Source of the DNA: Bacillota bacterium
GTDB taxonomy: Bacteria; Bacillota; UBA4882; UBA8346
NCBI GenBank assembly: GCA_003501365.1
Contig: DNPP01000050.1
Location: 1-44,419, forward strand
Reading direction: 5' to 3'
Length of the DNA: 44,419 nt
Shown here: positions 25,070 to 35,495 of the stretch, piece by piece
How the letters are laid out: every line of letters begins with the position of its first letter
Position numbering within the stretch: position 1 is the stretch's first letter
The notes under the pieces: model-generated
Seen by the model: the letters and a program-made list of their open reading frames with translations, nothing else
The model's database searches: none
Told to the model about the DNA's origin: nothing
Made by a program: the position numbers and the translations under genes

Positions 25070-26704
25070 TTATTTCAGACCCATGCTTTTAATTTTTGCT
25101 TGATACTTGGTAGTCCAATATTTCTCCAGTTTCACCAGACCGGCTGCTTCACATTTTGAAATAAAGTTATGGTATTCGGCTACGGCGCTGTTCTCATCTT
25201 TGGCAAAGACTATCTTGGCAACGCTGTCTTTCATGATGTCAATCACCTTCTGCCGGATTATCATTTCGTCATCTCCGGCAACCGGGTTTAAGCCGCTGAG
25301 TTCCGGATGATACTCAACATACTTTCCGAATGTCTGGTTAAATTCGGTCAATCTTTTGTCATTCTTATTCCAGAAAGGTAAATTCCAAAGCACGGAATCG
25401 TTGCAAAACCAGTATTCTCCCAAACCGTTTTTCGATGCCACTCCGGGCCAGTCGGCTGTCTTCAATTTCAAATACTCGGGGAAATGAACCGGAAGACCGT
25501 CAACCAATTTATAATGGGGTCCTTTAACAACATCACCGCTGAAGGAATTTCCTTCAATGCCCCAGGACAAATCTTTGTGGCCTTGAACCGAATAACAGTA
25601 CTCCAGAAATCTGATGCAACGGGCCGGGTCCTTGGCCTTTTTTGAAATAAGCACCGCGTTCCAACCGTCTCCCAAACGCATCTGCTTATAGGTGGGGAAT
25701 GGTTTCAGAATTTCGTAATGGCTGTTCTTATTATCCGCCGGGATCTTCTCACCGTCACCGATGGTCCAGGAATAAACGATTGGGTCGCCGTTATTTACCT
25801 TGGCCGTTTGCACATCCTTGGAATCGATGAACGGATCCTTGGTCAGCAAATTTTGGATCTGCAAATGATTAAGAAACTTCAAGGTATCCAGGAATTTCGG
25901 ATCCCGGACCGCCCATTTAACCTCTTTACCGGTAACATAATATTGGTCGCCGACTCCGAATTGATTGCCGATATTGCGGAGGTTCTGCTGTTGGTCCAGC
26001 ATGCGGCTGGATAAAGCTTCATCCGCGGGGTAGAAAGGAATTTTATCCGGATGTTTGGCGGCCATCTTCGCCAGCGCCTGGTTGAATTTCTCGGGAGTGT
26101 TCATATCGGGACGGCCGATTTCGTCGTAATAGTCTTTACGAACCGACCAGACTGACTGATTCATGCTAATCAAGCCATTGTTTTCGAGGGCCATTTTCCG
26201 GAAATCCTCGCCCTCGACAAAGTCCGGTAAATAATAAGTTTTACCGTCCTCACTCTTATAATTGCTCAGCATCTCCTTGCGGAGAATGCTTTTAAATTTT
26301 GGGGCATACTTGGCGATCAACTCATCCATCGGATAAACAATGCCCGCTTTGATCATCATCGGCAGCGCCGGGTTGTCTTTCCCCATAACAACCATGTCCG
26401 GCAAGGAATTACCCGCGATCATGATGTTCAATTTCTGGTTGTCGTCGGCAACCGGCTTCATGATATTCACAGTGACCCCGGTTCTGGCAGTCACTCTTTC
26501 GGCTGTGGGATCTTTCCAATTCAAGCCGAACCAAGTATAGTTAATGAAAAGATCCAGCGTGATCGGCTTCTTGTCTTTTTGCCATTCCAACCCCGGTGGG
26601 TCGGCTAACGCACTTTTAGCGGCCGCAAATGTTCCCACCTGCCAAATCGATAACACTAGCAACAAAGCTAATAACATGCACAATAACTGAAGCGACTTTT
26701 TCAT
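25070..26704 (-). CDS. ABC transporter extracellular solute-binding protein, LplA-like (large family-1 SBP)
   Basis: About 544 aa from ATG 26704, with AGGAGG 7 nt upstream. Signal peptide MKKSLQLLCMLLALLLVLSIWQVGTFAAA has no canonical lipobox. The size and position after two LplB/LplC-type permeases fit LplA. Confidence 0.82.
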   Translation of the reverse strand: MKKSLQLLCMLLALLLVLSIWQVGTFAAAKSALADPPGLEWQKDKKPITLDLFINYTWFGLNWKDPTAERVTARTGVTVNIMKPVADDNQKLNIMIAGNSLPDMVVMGKDNPALPMMIKAGIVYPMDELIAKYAPKFKSILRKEMLSNYKSEDGKTYYLPDFVEGEDFRKMALENNGLISMNQSVWSVRKDYYDEIGRPDMNTPEKFNQALAKMAAKHPDKIPFYPADEALSSRMLDQQQNLRNIGNQFGVGDQYYVTGKEVKWAVRDPKFLDTLKFLNHLQIQNLLTKDPFIDSKDVQTAKVNNGDPIVYSWTIGDGEKIPADNKNSHYEILKPFPTYKQMRLGDGWNAVLISKKAKDPARCIRFLEYCYSVQGHKDLSWGIEGNSFSGDVVKGPHYKLVDGLPVHFPEYLKLKTADWPGVASKNGLGEYWFCNDSVLWNLPFWNKNDKRLTEFNQTFGKYVEYHPELSGLNPVAGDDEMIIRQKVIDIMKDSVAKIVFAKDENSAVAEYHNFISKCEAAGLVKLEKYWTTKYQAKIKSMGLK

Positions 26705-26818
26705 GAAATTCCCTCCTTGATTTTTCTTTCTAGCAGCTATTTCGTTTACTTTGGCTGCCAATCCCCCTTTCGGACTTTTTCATTTTTATGAACCCATGGC
26801 GGTTCATTGAAAGCCTCT

Positions 26819-27703
26819 TTACTCTTTAATGGCTCCTATCAGCATGCCCTTGATGAAATACCGTTGAAGGAATGGGTAAATCAAACTTATCGGAGCGATG
26901 GCCACCACCAAAGTAGCGTAACGTATGGATTGAAGTGTAATTGGCGTTTGGTAGGCGGTAGCAATCCGTGATAGCTCCTGCTGCGCTTGGGCCAAAGACA
27001 TAACTCGCATCAATACTGCAGGTAAAGTCATTAGCTTTTCGTTGGTAATATAAAAAGCCGGGTAAAACCAATCATTCCAATGCCAAACGCCGACAAACAG
27101 GGCAATTGTCGCGATGATTGGCGTGGAAAGCGGCATGAAAATCCGGCTAAAGATGGTAAAATACCCTGCTCCGTCAATCTTTGCTGATTCCTCTAATGCT
27201 TGGGGCAATTCACTGAAATAGGCCACAAACAATAAAGCATTAAAGAAATAAAACATCGGCGGGATGATATAAACCCATATTGTATCAATAAGATGCAATT
27301 CCCGGTATAAAAGATAGGACGGAATTAAACCGCCGCCAAAATAGATGGTAATAATACCGAACACCAAGTAGGCTTTGCGAAATAGCAAATATTTCCGGGA
27401 TAGTCCGTACGCAACCATGGCGGTAAAGAATACACTAATGATTGTCCCAACTACCGTCCGGGTGATGGTTACAAAAAAAGCCAGATAAATACTTTGATCA
27501 CGAAAAACAAAACGATAATTCTCCAAGGTGAATTGACGCGGCAATAAATAAAAGCCGCCCGATACGGCATCCTTTCCGTCATTCAACGAGTATATCAAAC
27601 AATAATAAATGGGATAAATCGTAATAAAGAGAATGAATAAAGCAACTATGGCACAGAAAATATCAATCATCCAGTCTTCTTTGGTCCTGCGTATGGAAGC
27701 CAT
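26819..27703 (-). CDS. Carbohydrate ABC transporter permease (LplC-like)
   Basis: Six predicted TM stretches. EAA loop ALEESAKIDGAGYFTIFSRIFMPLSTP. Confidence 0.88.
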   Translation of the reverse strand: MASIRRTKEDWMIDIFCAIVALFILFITIYPIYYCLIYSLNDGKDAVSGGFYLLPRQFTLENYRFVFRDQSIYLAFFVTITRTVVGTIISVFFTAMVAYGLSRKYLLFRKAYLVFGIITIYFGGGLIPSYLLYRELHLIDTIWVYIIPPMFYFFNALLFVAYFSELPQALEESAKIDGAGYFTIFSRIFMPLSTPIIATIALFVGVWHWNDWFYPAFYITNEKLMTLPAVLMRVMSLAQAQQELSRIATAYQTPITLQSIRYATLVVAIAPISLIYPFLQRYFIKGMLIGAIKE

Positions 27704-27771
27704 ATTGACACCGCCTTTGGTTTGAATGTAACATAGAATTTCAAGTTTTCTCGGTTGGAAAGTTCTATTTA

Positions 27772-28755
27772 TTATAAAACATTGCGTCCGGTTACTTTTT
27801 TAGCGCTCCAGTTGGCCAATAGCATCATTAGTAAAGAAGTGATTGCTAAAAGCAAACTGGCTGCCGTGGAATAGGAATAACGGAAAAGTTTGAGGCCGTT
27901 ATCCAATATGTAATACTGGATGACATAGGAAGTTTCATGATTAAAGGGATTGCCTAACAAATAGGATTGATCGAAATTGGAGGCGGTTGAGCCGGTTTGC
28001 CCGCCGCTGAGCATATTGCCGAAGTTAAAGATAAAAAGGACAATCATGGTTCCGGCAATCGCCGGTAATGTAATATGGATAATCCTTTTTAAACGGCCGG
28101 CACCATCCACCACTGCCGCTTCATACAATTCCGGGTCCACTCCGGCTATTGCGGCTAAATAAATGATGGCATTCCAGCCCGTTTCCTTCCAGGCTTCAAT
28201 AATGGTACCAAGCCCCCAGAAAAGTTTCGATTCCGCCAGGAACATGATGGGTTTTTTTAAAAGCCCGGTTCTTAATAAAATATCATTCACCATTCCCTTG
28301 GAATCAAGAAATACCATCCAAATGGTTGCAATCACTACATAAGAAAGAAAATGTGGCAGATAACTGCCGGTTTGGGTTATTTTCTTCAGCCTTAAAAACG
28401 GGATCTCATTGAGGACCAGCGCAAAAAAGAGCGGTAAAAAAAATCCGGCGATGAATTTCAACCCACCCAGCGCAAAGGTATTTCGCACTGCTAGGAAGAA
28501 ATCGCTATCCTGAAAAAGCGCCTGGAAATGTTTCAAACCAACCCAGGGACAATGAAATATACTGGAAGTAATCTGATAATCTTGAAACGCTAATATATAA
28601 CCCGCCAAGGGAATATAAACGAAAATAAACATAAACAGTATTCCCGGCCAAACCATCATGTGTAACGTCAATTGATTCTTAAAACGAATCCACTGAATAT
28701 TTCTACCGTTATCCGGCGCCAACATGATTTTTCTATAAGGATCGATAATGCCCAT
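27772..28755 (-). CDS. Carbohydrate ABC transporter permease (LplB-like)
   Basis: EAA loop LYEAAVVDGAGRLKRIIHITLPAIAG. Start re-called to ATG 28755, with GGAGG 10 nt upstream. The track start is a TTG with no RBS. Confidence 0.86.
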   Translation of the reverse strand: MGIIDPYRKIMLAPDNGRNIQWIRFKNQLTLHMMVWPGILFMFIFVYIPLAGYILAFQDYQITSSIFHCPWVGLKHFQALFQDSDFFLAVRNTFALGGLKFIAGFFLPLFFALVLNEIPFLRLKKITQTGSYLPHFLSYVVIATIWMVFLDSKGMVNDILLRTGLLKKPIMFLAESKLFWGLGTIIEAWKETGWNAIIYLAAIAGVDPELYEAAVVDGAGRLKRIIHITLPAIAGTMIVLFIFNFGNMLSGGQTGSTASNFDQSYLLGNPFNHETSYVIQYYILDNGLKLFRYSYSTAASLLLAITSLLMMLLANWSAKKVTGRNVL

Positions 28756-28833
28756 AGCCTGGTGACCTCCAATGTTTGTAGAACAACTTTTGGCCTGCAA
28801 AATTATTATAAACTGCTTAACCAGTAAAAACAG

Positions 28834-28861
28834 TTGACTGAATTCAGTTTTGGTGTAATAT
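28834..28861 (+). promoter_or_regulatory. Candidate promoter for the histidine kinase/response regulator pair
   Basis: TTGACT (28834-28839), 16 nt, TAATAT (28856-28861). Confidence 0.35.
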
Positions 28862-28980
28862 TCTCAGTTATATCCCGACTTCACTTGCGAAAAGATTTCT
28901 TCCGTGATAACCTAAAATTAAGATAAAAAAGTAGCTGCATCATGTAACATGAGCAGTCGACAGCGAGGGCAGGCGGCATA

Positions 28981-30774
28981 ATGATTGAGGCACCTTTTTT
29001 AAAAAGGTTAAGTTTTCGGAACAAATTACTTTTTTCGTATATCGTTCTCATTTCAATTCCGATTACGATTAGCAGTATCTATTTCTTTAATAAGGTAATT
29101 ACCTCGGTGAGCCGCAATTCCATGGAGATCGTCGGGCAGCGGCTCTCTCAAGAGGAAAGCGGCTTACAGAACCAACTGAACCAGCTGGAACAGGCGGCTC
29201 GATTCTTCGACACCAACCCGATCTTCAATAAATATTTTGACAATAACTATTACAATGATATTGAGAGAATCGTCATTACTAATAACTATATCATTCCCCT
29301 CATTTCATGGCAGGCTTCCATGAACAATAATATCAACAGTATCCGATTTCTAACCGATGACGACAATATTCCGGAGGGCGAATTCATCGAATGGAACAAC
29401 CGTCATCCCGCCGATTTATGGTTTGACCCAATGCGCCGAGCGGTTGAAAATAATGGCTTGTTTTGGGAAAATATTCACCAGCCCCGCAAATATCACTATC
29501 AGAAACCGGGCACCTTACCCCAAGTCTATTCGATGTTCACCAAACTACAGGGCTTTTCAAGCCAAACCCCGACTTTCCTCGAAATTGAAATCAATCCGGA
29601 TTATTTGTTCAACACCATCAATCTTCAGCCTATCGGACGAACAGGCTATATTGTGGTCACCGACAGGCAAAAAAGCATTATCTCCGGACCCGAAAGTAAG
29701 CGCTCCGGCAATGTGCTTAAAACTGCCAAGTTATTGGCAAGAATCCGCCTGAATGAACATACCGAACGCGTAACGGTGAACCATATCACTTATGTTGCAG
29801 CCGTTAAAAAAATCAATAAATTAGACACTTATCTGATTGGCATTGTTCCCTTGAACGAAATTCTGGAACCTTTGGTACGCACCCGCAATATCTTTATCGG
29901 AATCATTTCCGCCGGTTTGATTTTATTATCGGTTCTGGCCTACCTGATTGCCGGTTTTTTATTGCGAAGGGTGAAACGGATCCTTGAGGCCGTCAGGAAA
30001 ATTCAACAAGGAGACTTTCTGATCCGCCTACCTGCCGCCGGAGGCGATGAAATTGATGAACTGGCTGACGATATCAACCTTATGGCCGACAAGATCAATG
30101 AGTTATTCAATCAAGTATATAAAGCGGAAATCGCCCAGAAAGAAGCAATCATTAACGCTTTGCAAATGCAGATCAATCCTCATTTCATCTTCAATACTCT
30201 GGAAACTCTCAAAATGATGGCTGAGATCCGGGATGAGGAAGAACTCTCCGAAGGCTTAACCGCTCTGGGAAACCTAATCCGCTACAACACCTCCATCGGT
30301 AGTAAATTTGTAACAATTTGCCGCGAAATTGAGAACGTACGGGATTATTTAAAGATTCAAAACTTACTCTTGAACAACCGGCTACAGGTAGATTTTCAAA
30401 TTGATGAAACTTTATATGAATGGAGCATGCCGAATCTGGTAATCCAGCCGCTCGTCGAAAATTGTATCATCCATGGCTATAAAGACCGTGAAGATAGAAT
30501 AACCATTCTTATCGCCATCGCTGAAAGGCACAATGATATTGTGATCCATATCAGAGATTACGGTAAGGGAATCCCTGCGGACAGGCTAAAGCAGATCCGG
30601 GAAGTATTGAATGAAAATATTGCTGAGCAGATCCCCGGCACCAACCAAAAGGGAATCGGGCTAGCTAATGTTAATAAACGGCTTAAGCTATATTTCGGGA
30701 TGGATTACGGCCTGGTAATCGCTAATGGTCCCGATTGCGGGACTAAGGTTTCGGTGCGAATTCCCATTACCTGA
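28981..30774 (+). CDS. Sensor histidine kinase, YesM-like (two TM segments + HAMP + PF06580-type His kinase + HATPase)
   Basis: TM1 near the N-terminus and TM2 IFIGIISAGLILLSVLAYLIAGFLL, then HAMP. His-box region QMQINPHFIFNTLE. ATPase motifs ENCIIHG, IRDYGKGI, GIGLANV. Confidence 0.88.
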   Translation: MIEAPFLKRLSFRNKLLFSYIVLISIPITISSIYFFNKVITSVSRNSMEIVGQRLSQEESGLQNQLNQLEQAARFFDTNPIFNKYFDNNYYNDIERIVITNNYIIPLISWQASMNNNINSIRFLTDDDNIPEGEFIEWNNRHPADLWFDPMRRAVENNGLFWENIHQPRKYHYQKPGTLPQVYSMFTKLQGFSSQTPTFLEIEINPDYLFNTINLQPIGRTGYIVVTDRQKSIISGPESKRSGNVLKTAKLLARIRLNEHTERVTVNHITYVAAVKKINKLDTYLIGIVPLNEILEPLVRTRNIFIGIISAGLILLSVLAYLIAGFLLRRVKRILEAVRKIQQGDFLIRLPAAGGDEIDELADDINLMADKINELFNQVYKAEIAQKEAIINALQMQINPHFIFNTLETLKMMAEIRDEEELSEGLTALGNLIRYNTSIGSKFVTICREIENVRDYLKIQNLLLNNRLQVDFQIDETLYEWSMPNLVIQPLVENCIIHGYKDREDRITILIAIAERHNDIVIHIRDYGKGIPADRLKQIREVLNENIAEQIPGTNQKGIGLANVNKRLKLYFGMDYGLVIANGPDCGTKVSVRIPIT

Positions 30775-30790
30775 TATTACGGAGGGCGCT

Positions 30791-32365
30791 GTGTATAAGC
30801 TGCTGATTATAGAAGATGAGGATATTATCCGCCACGGTTTGGTAAAAATCATCCAAAAAACCGGGTTCAACCTAATGCCAATCGAAGAAGCCGCCAACGG
30901 TGTTGAAGCTCTGGAGCTAATCCAAATTCATCAACCTGATATTGTGATCACCGATTTAAAAATGCCGAAAATGGATGGTTTGGAGTTTCTACAACGGCTC
31001 CGGGAATTGCAAATTAAGGCGCCGGTAATTATTTTAAGCGGATATGAAGAATTCAATTATGCCCAAAAAGCAATTCGTTATGGTGTGGTAGAGTATCTGT
31101 TAAAACCGGTCAATAAAGCAGACTTGCATAAGGTGTTGTCGCTGATTATCGACCGGTTAAACCAAGAACACCTCCAGGAGTCTGAAATCTGTGCGGAAAA
31201 GAACAGCCTGATGAATCAAGTCAATGAATTACAAAGAATTTTATTCCAAGATATCCTCGAAGGTAACTATCTCCCTGACGAATGTGCCGCTTTAATTATC
31301 AAATCCGGTCTAGATTTTGGTACCGGCCGGTTTCTAGTATTGGATTGCACTAGTTTTTCCAAAGACCCTAAACAAATTCAAAATTTCATCGATGAACTTA
31401 CCCGACGTATTTCATCTTTTACCGCAATTTTATTCATTTTTGACAACCAATATGATCATAAAATTTGCGTATTGAAATTTACCCAGCCCGAACAGAACAT
31501 TGTCGAAAAAATTTATGAAACGGCGAATCAACTTATCACCCTTTGTACGGGTCAAATATATCTGGGGATAAGTAAAGTATGTGAACAGCCGGGATGTTTG
31601 AATACTTGTTGTCGGCAGGCCAGGGATGCATTGAATCAGCGAATCTTCCATCCCGGATTTCAGGTATTTTGTTACTTCACGGACCGAAAGTCCGGGAACG
31701 CTAAATCTTTCCCTACTCTATACTATGAGTCGGTTTCAAAACTAGTCTGCAATGGTTGTAGCGATAAAGGAACAGCTCTTCTCAAGGCTACCGATGATTT
31801 ATTTCAACAAATTCTGAGCCAGGATGAATTATCCACCGGTCAACTGCTGGATCATCTCCGTAATCTGTTTTTTTATATCTTGAAATTGGAATCCGGCGAT
31901 CCGGCCAATGAAATCGATGAGTTCGACGTCCAAAGTATTCTCGAATCATCGTTAGGGATGGATGATTTAAAAAACAATGTGCTGCAAAAATTACTCTTAA
32001 TCAGCGGGAATATGAAACGCTATAGCGATGTTATCAATAATACCATTCATTACATTATTGAATTCGTCGAAAAAAACTATCCGAAGGATCTCTGCCTCAA
32101 CTTGGTCGCTAATAGCGTCTCCATGAATCCAAACTACTTTTGCTCGCTTTTTAAAAATAAAATGGGAATCAGTTTCACCAATTACCTCCAAAAAATAAGA
32201 ATTGAAAAAGCCAAGAATTTTTTGCTAGACCCCAATTTCAAAGTTTATGACGTCAGTGAAAAGGTCGGTTTTCACGATGAAAAATATTTTTACAAAGTGT
32301 TTAAAAAACTGACCGGCTTGACGCCCAATGAATTCCGGAATCAATCCGCGTTTAAGTCTCATTGA
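30791..32365 (+). CDS. Response regulator, YesN-like (CheY receiver + AraC-type HTH output)
   Basis: Start re-called to GTG 30791, with GGAGGG 4 nt upstream. Receiver YKLLIIEDEDI...DIVITDLKMPKMDGLEF...LLKP. C-terminal AraC HTH VANSVSMNPNYFCSLFKNKMGISFTNYLQKIRIEKAK...YFYKVFKKLTGLTPNEF. Confidence 0.88.
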   Translation: MYKLLIIEDEDIIRHGLVKIIQKTGFNLMPIEEAANGVEALELIQIHQPDIVITDLKMPKMDGLEFLQRLRELQIKAPVIILSGYEEFNYAQKAIRYGVVEYLLKPVNKADLHKVLSLIIDRLNQEHLQESEICAEKNSLMNQVNELQRILFQDILEGNYLPDECAALIIKSGLDFGTGRFLVLDCTSFSKDPKQIQNFIDELTRRISSFTAILFIFDNQYDHKICVLKFTQPEQNIVEKIYETANQLITLCTGQIYLGISKVCEQPGCLNTCCRQARDALNQRIFHPGFQVFCYFTDRKSGNAKSFPTLYYESVSKLVCNGCSDKGTALLKATDDLFQQILSQDELSTGQLLDHLRNLFFYILKLESGDPANEIDEFDVQSILESSLGMDDLKNNVLQKLLLISGNMKRYSDVINNTIHYIIEFVEKNYPKDLCLNLVANSVSMNPNYFCSLFKNKMGISFTNYLQKIRIEKAKNFLLDPNFKVYDVSEKVGFHDEKYFYKVFKKLTGLTPNEFRNQSAFKSH

Positions 32366-32420
32366 CAAGCTAAGAAGGGCTTTATCAACCAATGGCCTTC
32401 TGGTTCTGATACTTATTCTA

Positions 32421-35400
32421 TTATAATATCATTCCTACTCTCGGTCCTATTAAGATTCCCGTGGGCTTTACTTGATATTCGTAAGCCCAACTGTTTCCGG
32501 TAGTTCTCCATGCATCCGGTCCGAACCATTCCACTGTATGATTGCAGTTGTGGACCGCGCCAAAAGTGTTCACCCGATTTCCAAAAGCAGTTATTTCAAG
32601 TATATGTTTACCGGCATTAACTTTTCCTAACTCCAATCTATAGGGGGCAAAAGCTATCTTTCCCTTCTCTTCTCCATCTAAAGATAGAGAGAGTATGGGA
32701 TTTCTAAACTGCGGCACTTCTACTTTGCAGTTACAATCTTCAGTGACAATATCACAGTGATAAGTAACATTACCTCCATAGAAAGGTAAACCTTGCTGCG
32801 TCCAGTCGCCAAAATATAAATTTCTCACCGGTTCAATAATCCTAGTGTGACTTCCCGCTACCTTCACGCCAAAATCTCCTAGAAGATAGCACCACTCTGC
32901 ATTGGTCTTGTTACCAAAAGGAATTCTTAATACAATCTCCGACTTTCCCTTGGGTAAAGATGGAATTGGCACCTTGTTAATACATTTATCTACATACCAT
33001 TCTGTTGCTTGGGAAGGTATCTTTACATTGTTTACAATGATCTCAATACCCTCTGCATTCTCAAGCGCCAGGCAAGGATTGTTTACTTCTATATCTGACA
33101 TAATCGTGAATCGTAAACTAATCGTATGCTCCGGCGCTTTATTATCCGGATTTACCCATGGCTGAGCCAAGGCTTCCATTCTTAATGGATATCCAAGCTG
33201 TTTTCTAAACAAATTATCAATGCGAAGTATTTCTTCCTTCGCTTGCCATTCCCCACCGTCAAAAGAATACTCCGCCATATCCAGCAAAAGAACATTCGGT
33301 TCTGAGAGTGTCACCGCCACAGGACCTTTCAGTATCATTTCTTTCGATTTATCTTCACACTGAATTCGATCATCTGGATAAGTATCCAATTCACTTGGCT
33401 CAAGATATAACAAAAGACTGTCATGCTCTGAAAATTGATATTCGATTATCGTTTGATTTTTTGAAACTTTAGCTTTGTAAGGATAGCTTTGTCCACTCAT
33501 CGAATCAAAAACCGTCGGCTTCCATCCTCCCCAGATCGCTATATTGATTGTTTCGGCCCGAGCAATGTCGGGGTTATTCATCTTATTTACATGACAGATG
33601 AATAACCATCTATTCTTACCATCTTCCCGCATTTGATAAAATAAATTACTGGCGGCAGAACCATTCTCTTTTTTGATTTCCACATCTCTATAATCCCTAA
33701 TAGCCTTTAGAATACTGCTTTTTGCAAAGAATATTTTTTCACTGCCTTCGGCTAATTTTATTGCCCTGGTAGACTTTTTAGCATCGATATACGTAGCAAC
33801 TTCTCCGACAAAAATCACTTTTCCTCCGGCTTTTCTAAAAGCTTCAAGTCTTTCTACCGTTGATGAGCGAAGGGTCTCACAGGCAGGTACCAGGACAACC
33901 TCATACTCCATTTCTCCTACCTTAAAGTGCTCTGATTCTTCTACCTTTGAAACGGATGGCAGCAATGCTTCGGATATAAAATCAAAATCTATCAGTCCAA
34001 ATAAAAGCCAGTTAATTATATTTCTAAAGTTAGTTTCAAGCTCTGCCCTTTTTTCAAACGTTTGCTCCTCAGGACCCCAATGTAACCAATAGGATTCAAT
34101 GGGATGGATTACTCCCACGCGTACCTTGGCTTTTCCTCTTGTAAGGGCAGTATTTAACCTGCTAAAGTGATTCTCAATAAGCGGATATTCCTTATACCAG
34201 GGGGATTGATATCCAATACTTGCCGGGTAATCGCGTTTTGCTTCGCCTTCCATGGACATCCAGGTAAGATGATGAACTCGAACGGTCACGCCAAGTGCCG
34301 CTTGCCAGTCACCTTGTAACTTATGCCCTCTAAAATCAAAATCCCAATTCGTTACTCCGTATAATTCACTGATTACACCGGGACATCCATACTGATGCGA
34401 AACGCTCTGGGCTTGCTTGGCAGTGGAAAATTCTCTCCAATCACAGAGCATATCAATTCCTGGTAATTGAAAAGAGCGATAGGAACGCATAGCATCGCCA
34501 AGAGCCCTTGTTTGTGAATAAAGAGTAGGCTCTTCCATCAAATGACCTGTTAGCATAATATTATGCGCTTTACACCAGTTTCCAACAGTATCGGCAAAAG
34601 CAGACGCAAATCTTTCACTTAAGTGGTCATGATACCGATATCTTGTGGCTGATACTTTCGACTCGGGAAGTTCCCAGAAAAGTTCCGGAAGGTGTTCAAG
34701 TAAGCTCTCACCATAGGTTATTGCAAAGGTTGCTTCAAAATCATCCGTAAAGGGAAGCTTAATATCTTTTTCCTCGTCTGCGTATCCCAAACATTCCTTA
34801 TGGGTAAATTGAGGTTCATCCGTAAAAATGGCCGGTATTGTCTTCCCAAATTCCTCGCCTAAAACCTGATAATATCTTTCATGGGTAATATTTATAAATT
34901 CTTTAATTGCATTGGGATCAAGCGTATTTACATAAGCTTGATTGTTAAACCATGGGTTATCTCCAGCAATCTCTATGTATGCCCACCAGAGCTTTGCGTC
35001 CTTTTTTGGCACATCTTTTTCAGCTAGTTTTCGATATTTTTCGAGGCAGCCATCTTTAAGCATCACTTCATATTTCCCTAAAAGACTTCGATGTGCATTC
35101 TTCGGCGCTTCTCCTTCTCGATATTCCTTTGGACTAAATATGAGAAATCTAGCTCTATTTTCGATATTTTTTGTTACATATCCCCCGGCAGAACCGGAAG
35201 GCCAACGATCTTCATCGTACAGCCAACATAACATGTCATTTTCTTTGGCTGCTTTATGTGCTGTCTTAACAAGGTCCATAAATGCATCACTTAAATACTC
35301 AATATCAAGGCCAATTCTACAATGGATATGGTACCCTCCCATCCCCATTTCCTTAAAATATTTCACTTGGTCAGCAATCTTTGTCCGATCGATTTTACAG

Positions 35401-35495
35401 TTCCAAGCCCAAAATGGAGTTCCTCGATATTCTGAGGTTGGACTCTTGAAGAGTTCAAGTGATAATCTTGCTTCTTTATTCCTTGGATATAACAT
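32421..35495 (-). CDS. Large intracellular glycoside hydrolase, family uncertain (GH106-like / jelly-roll-containing)
   Basis: About 1024 aa from ATG 35495, with AAAGGGGA 7 nt upstream, and no signal peptide. The N-terminal RGTPFWAWN...GMGGYHIHCRIGL...LYDEDRWPSG pattern is one I associate with big TIM-barrel glycosidases annotated as glycosyl hydrolase/GH106-like. The family is not verifiable by eye. Confidence 0.6.
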   Translation of the reverse strand: MLYPRNKEARLSLELFKSPTSEYRGTPFWAWNCKIDRTKIADQVKYFKEMGMGGYHIHCRIGLDIEYLSDAFMDLVKTAHKAAKENDMLCWLYDEDRWPSGSAGGYVTKNIENRARFLIFSPKEYREGEAPKNAHRSLLGKYEVMLKDGCLEKYRKLAEKDVPKKDAKLWWAYIEIAGDNPWFNNQAYVNTLDPNAIKEFINITHERYYQVLGEEFGKTIPAIFTDEPQFTHKECLGYADEEKDIKLPFTDDFEATFAITYGESLLEHLPELFWELPESKVSATRYRYHDHLSERFASAFADTVGNWCKAHNIMLTGHLMEEPTLYSQTRALGDAMRSYRSFQLPGIDMLCDWREFSTAKQAQSVSHQYGCPGVISELYGVTNWDFDFRGHKLQGDWQAALGVTVRVHHLTWMSMEGEAKRDYPASIGYQSPWYKEYPLIENHFSRLNTALTRGKAKVRVGVIHPIESYWLHWGPEEQTFEKRAELETNFRNIINWLLFGLIDFDFISEALLPSVSKVEESEHFKVGEMEYEVVLVPACETLRSSTVERLEAFRKAGGKVIFVGEVATYIDAKKSTRAIKLAEGSEKIFFAKSSILKAIRDYRDVEIKKENGSAASNLFYQMREDGKNRWLFICHVNKMNNPDIARAETINIAIWGGWKPTVFDSMSGQSYPYKAKVSKNQTIIEYQFSEHDSLLLYLEPSELDTYPDDRIQCEDKSKEMILKGPVAVTLSEPNVLLLDMAEYSFDGGEWQAKEEILRIDNLFRKQLGYPLRMEALAQPWVNPDNKAPEHTISLRFTIMSDIEVNNPCLALENAEGIEIIVNNVKIPSQATEWYVDKCINKVPIPSLPKGKSEIVLRIPFGNKTNAEWCYLLGDFGVKVAGSHTRIIEPVRNLYFGDWTQQGLPFYGGNVTYHCDIVTEDCNCKVEVPQFRNPILSLSLDGEEKGKIAFAPYRLELGKVNAGKHILEITAFGNRVNTFGAVHNCNHTVEWFGPDAWRTTGNSWAYEYQVKPTGILIGPRVGMIL

